In this document: positions 27,523 to 37,400 of the stretch, piece after piece
How the letters are laid out: every line of letters begins with the position of its first letter
Numbering within the stretch: position 1 is the first letter of the stretch
Source: an uncultured Clostridia bacterium
Lineage (GTDB): Bacteria; Bacillota; Clostridia; Christensenellales; UBA3700
Direction: 5' to 3'
DNA: 64,000 nucleotides
NCBI GenBank assembly: GCA_944380395.1
Contig: CALWHM010000001.1
Span: forward strand, 38,090-102,089
Notes under the pieces: model-generated
What the model saw: the letters and a program-made list of their open reading frames with translations, nothing else
The model's database searches: none
What the model was told of the DNA's origin: nothing
Program-made: the position numbers and the translations under genes

Positions 27523-29250
27523 TTATTCGATTACGTCCATAGCTTTGCTCATTCGTGATATGCACTTATATCTGAAAATCGCAAACACTATAATGCTTAT
27601 ACCTAAAACAGCGCCCCATATAGCGCCGGATGAGGCGTAATTCCGCCCCATTGCCAATATTATGCCCACATAAGCCGCCACACACGCTATAGAAACCGCC
27701 AGCGACACCAGCATTGACGAAAGCGTTTTTGAAGACGACTTGACCAACTCGCGCACCGTGTTGTAGTCGAATTTGGGGGCTTTGATGTCCCTGCCCAGCG
27801 CATACGCGTTTACGCCCATATTTATCAGCGTAACGCTTATGAGCGCGCCGAAGAAATCCACCGCATTGAAAACGGAAAGTGAAATTAAGACTATGCAGTT
27901 TATCAGAGTGCATATAAATGAGAATATATCCGCAAGCAAAAGTTTGGCAATGATGATATCCTTGCACGATATGGGCATAAAGCGCATTATTTTGAAACTG
28001 CGCCCCTCTCTGGATACGGCTATGGAAGCCAGCAGGTTAGTGCCGCAGGTAAAGAGTATCAGCATCAATAAGGACATTGCGCCGTTCATCAGCGGATACA
28101 TATCCTCCGTGCCTTCCGCCGCCCCCATAGGGAGCATTATGTTTAAGACGAGCAAAACTATCGGAGCAAGGACTATCCCCGCCAGCGATTGAAACGCGAG
28201 CTGCGGTTCACGCATCAGGCAGATAATATCCTTTTTCATAAGCGCCAGCTTTACGCCCGTGGATTTTATTTTCACTTCACTTTCCGCCGAATTTTTCTTG
28301 CCGGTGTTGATAACCGCGCGAGTGTCCGCCAAAGTAAAGAAGAACTTGCTTCCAATCAAAGTGAGTGCGGCACAGCCGACGATAACGGCGGCGTAGCAAA
28401 GTCCGCCCTGCCAGGAGCCGCACATCGCCTCTGCGGCAAAGTATGAAGGATATACGTTGCGCGTAAAGCCGCACATCATCTCCAAAAGCTCGCTTAGCAT
28501 ATCAAAGCTGTTTTCGCTTCCGTCTATGGCTATATTCTGCATACTGTTTTGCAGATAGAAGGAGCCGACATATATCAAAGCGAAAAACGCGCCGTATATT
28601 ATAAGCATAAGCACGGTTTTCACAACGGAATTGCGCTTGAAGTAAGAGATTATCTTCATCAGCGGAAATGACAGCGCCGCCATGACGAACATAGGTATGA
28701 CGGGAAGCGTAAGCGCCGTGAAAAAGAGCATAAGATAGTAGCCCGCCCCTGCGTAAACTTCCGCCTGCGCCGTAGGAGTGAGCAAGCCCTGCGCGATGAG
28801 TTCCGCATATGTTTCAGACGCGGAAGCGCTTCCCGCCGCCACCACGGCTCCGCCTGTCAGTGTGACCAAAACGCTGATTATCAGCGCGGAAAGATAGATA
28901 GTCAGCATACGCGACACAAATACCGCCGTACTGCCTATCGGCATGGAGGAAAGCAGCTGCCTGTCCTTTGAAAACCAAACGGTATTGATATAGGACGGCA
29001 GGAAAAATATCAAAATTGCCAGCTGTACCGTGAGAAATATAAGGTTGAGTATCTCGTCTAAATAGCCGCCGAATACCGCCGCCTGCGAGAGAAAATACAG
29101 CATTATCAGTACTCCGCCCAGAGGTACGGCAAACGCGACCAAAAGAAGGACGATAAGCCCTATTTTTTTGGCAAGCTTGCGCTTATCTCCGTTGGAGAGT
29201 TTGAAACTCATCAAAAGATCGAGTTTGAAAATTGCAAGGAAATTGGTCAT
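27523..29250 (-). CDS. Polytopic ABC exporter permease (ABC-2-like), substrate unknown
   Basis: 575 aa with about 12 hydrophobic segments. Its start lies 1 nt after the upstream ATPase gene stop. Confidence 0.65.
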   Translation of the reverse strand: MTNFLAIFKLDLLMSFKLSNGDKRKLAKKIGLIVLLLVAFAVPLGGVLIMLYFLSQAAVFGGYLDEILNLIFLTVQLAILIFFLPSYINTVWFSKDRQLLSSMPIGSTAVFVSRMLTIYLSALIISVLVTLTGGAVVAAGSASASETYAELIAQGLLTPTAQAEVYAGAGYYLMLFFTALTLPVIPMFVMAALSFPLMKIISYFKRNSVVKTVLMLIIYGAFFALIYVGSFYLQNSMQNIAIDGSENSFDMLSELLEMMCGFTRNVYPSYFAAEAMCGSWQGGLCYAAVIVGCAALTLIGSKFFFTLADTRAVINTGKKNSAESEVKIKSTGVKLALMKKDIICLMREPQLAFQSLAGIVLAPIVLLVLNIMLPMGAAEGTEDMYPLMNGAMSLLMLILFTCGTNLLASIAVSREGRSFKIMRFMPISCKDIIIAKLLLADIFSFICTLINCIVLISLSVFNAVDFFGALISVTLINMGVNAYALGRDIKAPKFDYNTVRELVKSSSKTLSSMLVSLAVSIACVAAYVGIILAMGRNYASSGAIWGAVLGISIIVFAIFRYKCISRMSKAMDVIE

Positions 29251-29251
29251 A

Positions 29252-30013
29252 TCACTCTCCGCTCTTGCTCAATTCGGGGCGGTATTCACCGCTTGTCAGC
29301 GCCAGGAAATAGTCTTCAAGCGAACTTGTAGCAGTTATTTCTTTAAGGTCGTCTTCGGACAGTGTTTTGACGATACTGCCGCGATTTATGATGACCACCC
29401 TGTCGCACAGCTTTTCCACCACTTCCAGCACGTGTGAGGAAAAGAACACGCTGTTGCCCTCCTCGCAATGGCTGCGCATCAGCTTTTTGAGCATATGCGC
29501 GGAGCGGGGATCCAAACCCGTCATAGGCTCGTCCAAAATCCACAATTTGGGAGAGTGGACCAAGGCGGCGATTATGCATATCTTCTGCTTCATTCCGTGG
29601 GAATACGTGTTGATCTGCTTGGAAAGCGCGGAAGATATTTCCAGCATTTCCGCAAGCGAATCTATTTTCTGCCTGCGCTGATTTACCGGTACGCGGTAGA
29701 CGTTGCATACGAAATTAAGATAATCGTAGCCGGTAAGATTTTCATATGTGGCGTGATCGTCGGAGACGTATCCCATATTCATCTTTGCCCCTATCGGATC
29801 TTCCTTGATGTCGTGCCCGCACACGACCACGCTGCCCGCGTCGAACGGATGAATGCCCGTAATGCATTTGATGGTAGTCGATTTGCCCGCTCCGTTCGGA
29901 CCGACGAAAGCGACCACTTCCCCTTCGTTCACCTCAAAAGATACATCGGAAACGGCGGTGGTGGTTTGACCTTTATACATCTTGGTCAGGTTGTTAACAC
30001 TTAAAAGCGCCAT
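29252..30013 (-). CDS. ABC transporter ATP-binding protein
   Basis: Walker A GPNGAGKST, signature-region YSHGMKQK, Walker B ILDEPMTGLD. Confidence 0.9.
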   Translation of the reverse strand: MALLSVNNLTKMYKGQTTTAVSDVSFEVNEGEVVAFVGPNGAGKSTTIKCITGIHPFDAGSVVVCGHDIKEDPIGAKMNMGYVSDDHATYENLTGYDYLNFVCNVYRVPVNQRRQKIDSLAEMLEISSALSKQINTYSHGMKQKICIIAALVHSPKLWILDEPMTGLDPRSAHMLKKLMRSHCEEGNSVFFSSHVLEVVEKLCDRVVIINRGSIVKTLSEDDLKEITATSSLEDYFLALTSGEYRPELSKSGE

Positions 30014-30016
30014 ATT

Positions 30017-31309
30017 TTACCCCTTGTTTTTCTTTATTTCTTTCGCCCTTACGAGCATTTTTTCATATCCGTTCTTTGACGGAACATAAAACTTTTCATC
30101 TTTCAGTTTGTCGGGCAGATACTGCTGTTCCACCCAGCCGCCGAAGTCGTGGGGGTATTTGTATCCTCCCATATGTTCTCCTGCGTAGTGGGAATCGCGC
30201 AGCGGCGGCGGAACATTGTCGTCTTTCACCTGCTCCACGGCTTTTGCGACCTTGTCCATTGCCGCCACCACGGAATTTGACTTGGACGCTTCGCATACAT
30301 ATATTATAGCATTGTAAAGAGGTATTTTACCCTCCGGCAAGCCAATATGTTCGTATGCATACATCGCGGAAGAAGCTATCACCAACGCCTGCGGATCCGC
30401 CATGCCAACGTCTTCCGACGAATGCACCACAAGCCTTCTGGCTATCAGCATTGGATCGCATCCCGCCTGAATGAGCCTTTCCGCCCAATACAGAGCCGCA
30501 TCGCTGTCACTTCCGCGCAAGGACTTGCAAAAGGCGCTGAGCATATCGTAATACATATTTTCGTCCACGCTAAGCGACTTTTTCTGTATTGACTGTTCTG
30601 CGGTCGCCAAATCTATATGGACAACTCCGTCTGCGCCTGCGGGAGTGGTCAAAAACGCCAACTCCAAGGCGTTGAGCGCAGTGCGGACATCTCCGTCGCT
30701 TGCCCAAATCAGATGGTCCATTGCCTCCTTGTCCAGCCTTACCTTATGCTCTCCTAAGCCGTTTTTCTTATCCGTTAAAGCATGGGATATGGCGTCCTGC
30801 ATATCTTTGTTATCCAGCTTTCTGAATTCGAATATTCTGCATCTGGACACTATCGCCTTTGTCATGGCTATATACGGATTTTCCGTTGTCGAGCCGATGA
30901 ACGTGATATATCCCTCCTCTATCGCAGAAAGCACGCAGTCGCTTTGGGCTTTATTCCAGCGATGGCACTCATCCAGCAGGAGATAAGTCTTTACCCCTTC
31001 CGTCATACGACGGCGGCGAGCGTCGTCAATGACTTTTTTCGCGTCGGCGACCCCGCTTGAAACCGCATTCAGTTTGACAAACGCGCCTCCTGTGGTGTTT
31101 GCTATTATATTGGCAAGAGTGGTCTTGCCGCACCCCGGTGGTCCGTAAAAAATACAGCTCCCCAATGTGTCCGTCTGAATGGCGCGGCGCAGCAGCATAC
31201 CCTTGCCCACTATGTGCTCCTGACCGTAAAAATCGTCAAGGCTGGTGGGGCGCATGCGTTCGGCAAGCGGTTTATCTCTCTTCATACCCATTTCAAACAA
31301 GTTTTCCAT
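30017..31309 (-). CDS. rarA: Replication-associated recombination protein A (AAA+ ATPase)
   Basis: PLAERMRPTSLDDFYGQEHI, GPPGCGKTT and LLDECHRWNK motifs. I chose the start at MENLFEM (31309). Confidence 0.9.
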   Translation of the reverse strand: MENLFEMGMKRDKPLAERMRPTSLDDFYGQEHIVGKGMLLRRAIQTDTLGSCIFYGPPGCGKTTLANIIANTTGGAFVKLNAVSSGVADAKKVIDDARRRRMTEGVKTYLLLDECHRWNKAQSDCVLSAIEEGYITFIGSTTENPYIAMTKAIVSRCRIFEFRKLDNKDMQDAISHALTDKKNGLGEHKVRLDKEAMDHLIWASDGDVRTALNALELAFLTTPAGADGVVHIDLATAEQSIQKKSLSVDENMYYDMLSAFCKSLRGSDSDAALYWAERLIQAGCDPMLIARRLVVHSSEDVGMADPQALVIASSAMYAYEHIGLPEGKIPLYNAIIYVCEASKSNSVVAAMDKVAKAVEQVKDDNVPPPLRDSHYAGEHMGGYKYPHDFGGWVEQQYLPDKLKDEKFYVPSKNGYEKMLVRAKEIKKNKG

Positions 31310-31410
31310 ATGTTTAATTATACATACGGGCGCGCCCCGTGTCAACGCGCATTCTGTATTTTTATCATACGCCTCCACCCCCCCCTGTCAAGTTTTTTAC
31401 CCTAACAATT

Positions 31411-31442
31411 GAAAATGCCTTGAAGAAAACGGCTTCAAGGCA
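31411..31442 (-). terminator. Rho-independent terminator after the giant gene
   Basis: Minus strand UGCCUUGAAG-CCGUUUU-CUUCAAGGCA followed by UUUUCAAUU. Confidence 0.65.
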
Positions 31443-31467
31443 GAAAAATTATGGATTTACGGCGCGC

Positions 31468-34400
31468 TCACTTTTCGGGCGCGAAAACAAAGGTTATATC
31501 GTAATGCCCTTCATCGCGCTCTATGCTTATCGGCACGCCGGTCATTTTTATTCCGTTTTCCTCTACGCAGTCCCGTTCGCCCTCCGCGAAACGAATACGG
31601 AAAACAGTCTTCCCTCGGCGATAGGTTATCACGATATTTTTCCACTCTTTTATTAGAGGCTTTTTGCATTCGATCGCACCGCGGCGTATCCTGAATCCCA
31701 AATAGTCTTCCAAGTAAGTCTTGAAATACCACGCCGCGCTGCCGGTATACCAACTCCAGCCAATGCGCCCTTTCATCTTCTCATTGTAATACACGTCGGC
31801 GGCTATCACATACGGCTCTCCGCAATATACGTTTTTGCCGTCCCCTTCGCAAGCGTATATCGGATCGAGTATGCGCGCAAGGCGCGCCGCACGTTCGCCG
31901 TCACACATCTTGCAATATGCCTTGAACAGCCACACCGCGGCATGAGTGTACTGTCCGCCGTTTTCTCTCACGCCCTTGGGATATGAAGAGATATATCCGC
32001 AGTAAAACTTCTTGTCAAACGGCGGATCCAGCAATCGCACGACGCCGAAATTTTCGTCTATGAGTTTATTTGCATGCGCAAGCGCGGCGGCTGCCCGCTC
32101 TGCTCCCGCTATGTCGGATATCACCGACCACGCCTGACAGATTATATCGATTTTGCATGCGGGAGAATTGTCCGTGCCCAGCCAAATGCCGTCATCCGTA
32201 AACGCACGGGCATACCTGCCGTTGAAAAACGCGCCCTCGACCGCCGCTTTGAATGCGTCCCGCAGCGATATATATTTTTCACGCAAAGCCGCGTCTATGG
32301 ACGGCAGCATTTTATCTATGACCGCCGCCGCAAACTGCGTAAGCCAAACGCTCTCCCCTCTGCCGCGCAGACCTATTTCGTCCAAAGCGTCGTTCCAATC
32401 GCCGCCGCCGATGAGCAAAAGTCCGTGCTCGCCGACTTTCAGGCTGTCTATCGCGCGCAAAATGTGGCGCAAAAGCGTGTCCGACCCGCCCGTTGCGGCG
32501 CGTTCCATTCGCGCACGTTCATCATCGGCAAGCGGAGGCGACGAAAGATAAGGTATTTCCTCATTCAAAATATCCCCGTCAGAAGTAAAGGCTATATATT
32601 CCGCGGTGACATATCCCAAGAAAAGCCTGTCGTCGGTGATACGAGTGCGCACGCCCAAGTTGGGGCGGTGCCACCAATGCATAACGTCGCCTTCTTCATA
32701 TTGATGAGCGGCGCACTCCAAGATAACGGAGCGGACATAATCGGGATCGGCATACAAGTGCGCCAAACAGTCCTGCAACTGATCGCGGAAACCAACGGCT
32801 CCGCCCGCCTGATAAAATCCGCATCTGGCGCTGAGCCGTGAGGAATAAATTTGATAAGGCAGATTATTCATAAGCAGACTTTCCTGTTCCGGTATGCCGC
32901 TTATACTCAAATTTTGCAGCGATTTGAACATATTTACCTGTTTTTCCGTCTCAAAGGCAATATCTTCCGCAGTCAAGGTATTTGCGATTCGCTCATTGTT
33001 TGTTATGACGAAATCCAAACATATCTCTTCCCCGCTTAAAATACGCCTTGAAGCCGTAATGCGGGCAACGCATACGTTGACATCGGAAGTATCGGAAGAG
33101 AATATATCTCCGTTTAACGCCCTAAAATAGCTTTGACGGCAATAAGACCGAGAATCTTGCAGGCAAATGATATATGCTTTCTGTCCCGTAAGCGAATTTT
33201 CCGCAATAACGCCGCGGCTTATCGTTTTTACGTCAATGTTTTCGGGAGAAGGAATTCTGCCCAAAAGCGGCTTGACATTAAATATTATGTCAGCGTCCGC
33301 AGCAGTATCCGCAGTATTTTTAAGCGTAAGGCGGTAAACTTTTGCCAGCCCCTGCTTGACGATGCCGACTTGAAGATTGCAAAGTATACCTTCCGCCATA
33401 CAGCAAAAATACGTAGCGCCCTTAGCATGGCGCACATATCCGCCCGGCTGCAATTTGTTGCATCTGAGATACTTGCCTCCGACGACAAGATAGAGTTTTT
33501 CGCTTGCGGTATCTTCAACGGGATCGTTATGCCAAAGGGTAATTTTGTTTTCGCAGGAATTGGAAGCAAAGGTAAACCCTCCGCCGTTTTGCGTTATTAC
33601 AAAACCGCCCTCTTCCGCCGCCACGACGTTTGAGTACGGTAAGAGCGGCGGCGACGTTACGATATAATCGCCGTTATCGGTAAAATATCCGAAACCGCTT
33701 TCAAGGCGCACCGCGGGCTTTTCCACTTTTGTCAAAAGCGCCTTTTTATAAGAACGTATTTCGCAAAACTCTTTCTGCTCGGGCGCGTGGACTTTTTTAA
33801 TTTCGTCAGCAAAAAACACTATTGGCGAATTAAAGCGTGCGGAAAGTTCGTATATGTCCGTTATGTGCACTAAATTCAATTTTTCTATATTTCCCATTAT
33901 CGTGCGGTGAAGCAGTCTGTCGCGCTTTTGCGCGTAATATTCGTCGTTTTTATCCAATATAACTGCCAATTCACAGGGTAAACCGCACAAATTCATATAT
34001 AATACGGCGGATATTGCGCTATCGAGCAGGGCAAAATGCTTTTCGTGATCCATAACGAATACGCGCCTTCCTCGGTCGGAATTATAATAGTGTATGTTTT
34101 GTGCACTTATAATCGGATATAAAAGCGAAGGCGCAAGAGCGTCCAAAAGCTCATTTGTCTTATTATCCGAACGATAACGCAAAGTGCGTAAAGAAGACAG
34201 TTTCGCACATTCTTCGCAATAAGCAAAATAATTTTCCTCATCGACTCCGCGCATAAACTCTTCAAGCTTTCTGACCTCGGTTCCGAACGCCTTTATCACA
34301 TATAATTCGCCGCACCCTCCGGGGGTTACGGTTATCTCCGCACTAACGTTCAAGCAGGGATACATAACGTCGCCGAAATCTGGCGAAACGCCCTGTTTGC

Positions 34401-37400
34401 CCGCAACGCTTGCTGCGCTGCAAGAGTATTTGCAATTTCCTCCTCCGTATAATTTGAATGCCGCAAATTTATCTCCGCCCTCGCTTTTTGAACGCTTGGT
34501 CACATATACCGCTTCCGGCTCCTGACTGCAGGATACGAACATATCCGCATATACGGGATGTGAAGCGTATTCTTCTCTTTCCGCCATACTCAGCCGTTCA
34601 TAGTAAGATATCTCATATCTGACCAGCGAATCCGTATTGTTTTTTATGGTAAGCTTTCTCACTTCCCCTTCTGTTCCTTTAAGCAGAAAAATCTTTTGTT
34701 TACAGCTATGCGACAGGTTTTCATACTCAACATACCCCGGCTCATACGAGAACGTAAATTTATCTTTGACGGCTTTTATAGGCATATATGTCGGAGAAAA
34801 CTCCTCCCCTTCTCCCTTTATTACGAAAAATCCGCCGTCGGGTAACTCCGGATCCTGCCGCCATCTGTTTATATTCATACCGAATGCGCGCGAGAGCGAA
34901 CAGCCGCTTTCCGTAAACGCCGCAGAATAACCGCCCTCGCTCAAAAGCGCGGCTTTGGGATAAGTATGTCCCGCATATTTGCGGAAAAATCCCGTTTCAA
35001 GCGGATATACGAAATCGGCTTTGGGCTTTCTTGCGCAAACCGTAAGCGGAACTCTTTCTTCTGTGAGCAGCTTTCCGCCGCGCATATATTCGTCGGACAT
35101 AAAATATTTGCAGATTATATTTCCGTGCAACGCATTGGTGACAGCCGCCATTATCATTCCCTGATGGTGCGACATATGGCTGCACACTATCTTCCCGCCT
35201 GCGGAACAATCTATGGCTTCGCAAAAGCCGTACTTCCCGTAAACGCCCGCTTTTTTCAACTTTTTCAAGTTGGTAGCCGCCCTAGCAGGAATATATTTCA
35301 GCATCATAGCGGAAGAATACGGCGAAATGACGCATTTATCATTTGCCGCTTTCAAGGCAAGAGTGCTTATGCCGAACTGTCCGTATCTATAATTTCCGCC
35401 ATCGTCAAAGTCGTAATAACCGCTTTCGCTTATGCCGAACATTCCCTTGCAGGTATTGACGCCCATAACTGTGCTTGCACCGCGGCAGGAGTGCGTGATA
35501 AGGGAAAATTCGCTGTCCTCGAAAAACAGCTGAGGCATCAGATATTCAAACGCGGTTCCCGCCCACGAAACAAGCATATTGCCGTTTGCGGATATGATAT
35601 CCCGCCTTAAACCGTCCCAAGCGGGGATACCGCGGCACGTGGCAATATATGCCAAAACGCGCGATTCGGAAGCCATCATATCGTAGTGCCCTTCAAAAGC
35701 GTCCTTTTCAAGGTCGTATCCGATGAAAAATCTGCACTTTGCCCTGTCAAACAAGGCTTCAAGCCGCATTTCGTTGAGCAAAATATCCGCGTTATCGCAA
35801 CTTGAGTTATTTGCTTTCAAAAAGGCTCTTGCGACTGTCAGACAAGCCGCCAAATTTCCGTTATCCACGGAGGATACGAAACGCGGCGATTTCGGCTTTC
35901 CGTCCAAATCGTACCAATTATATAAATTGCCCTTCCATTTGGGGAGAGTGCGAAGCTTTAGCATATCGGCATTTATCCTGTCTATCGCTTCGGCGGCGGG
36001 CAATATTCCGCACTCCGACGCACAAACGTGCGCCAATATTCCAAAGCCCAAATTGGTCGGCGAAGTCATCTGCGCCGTTTTAACTCCGTTTTCAAAGGAT
36101 AAATTATCTGATATAAGTCGGCTTTGTCCGCGCATATAGTCAAAATACGCATAGGTATCGCAGGCTGCGGCACGCAAAAACGCCTTATCCTTTTTACTTA
36201 GCGATTTATATGTTAACCCGATGTTGCCGAGCGCCAGCGCGCAGGCGTATATCGCACACAGCGCGGCGTAGACGGGTACGGCAAGCACAGAATACAACGC
36301 AGCGGACAGAGCCGCAAGCAAGACCGCTCCGCCCGCGATAACCATAAAATGCGCGCTTACAGGCTCTTTCATACTGCCCGCAAACGTGCGCCATTCCAGC
36401 AGGTTTTTATGCGCCAAAAGCCTGAATATCGTCTTTGCCGTAACCGCAATATTCATAAACGCGTTGAACGGGAGCAGTAATATATTCTCTATTCCGAGCA
36501 ATATGCTGCGCATAAAACCGCCCAGCGCGTATCTTGCCCTGACTCCGTCCGCTATGGAATACAATGAAAAGCCCGCGGAAACCAACGGGACCGCCATAAG
36601 GCATACGCCCGTTATTATCGCAAATATGATATTACCCGCAGCAAGCGCCGTCACCACGGCGGCAAAAGCCAATGGGGCGGAAAATACTGCCAGCGCATTA
36701 CGCAGTATTATATAGCGGTACAGCGCGTGACAGTTGCGCGAAAAAGCCACGGGAAGCAGGAGCAGATCGCCCCTTCTCCATCTTTCTTCTCTGCGCATAT
36801 GGGAAAGGTATGTCGGCGGAGCGTCCTCATATACGATATCTCCCGCCGCGCCGCATTTTATCAGCGCGCCTTCGGCTATGTCGTGGCTCAAAATACGCCC
36901 TTCGGGAAGTTTACCTCTCAGTTTTGCATCAAATGAGCGCAAATTATATATGCCTTTACCGCAAAACACGCTTTGACCGCTCAGATTATAATAAAAATCC
37001 GAGTATGAACAATATTCCTCCACTCCCGAATCGTGCAAATATCTCAAAGAGTACGGTGTTTTCAATGAAGAAAGTTTATATTTACATCCGAATGAAAGCA
37101 TATCGTACTTGCCCGCAAGCGGGTGCATAGCCGCATTTACCGCCCTGCGCACCCCGCCCGGAGTCAGCCGCGAATCCGCGTCCAGCAATAAGATGTATAC
37201 GGGGGTAAACGGCAGACGTCCGATATATTCGAAAGCCTTTCTTTCCCCGCGAAGAAGCAGCTCGTTCATATCCTCTATGGCGCCGCGCTTTCTCTCCCTT
37301 CCCGACCACATAGCTCCGTTTTTTACTCTTTTGCGAACCAAAACGAAAATGTCGCGCTCCTGCTCCGCGGCGGAAAGCGCGGCTATTATCTCCCCGTCCT

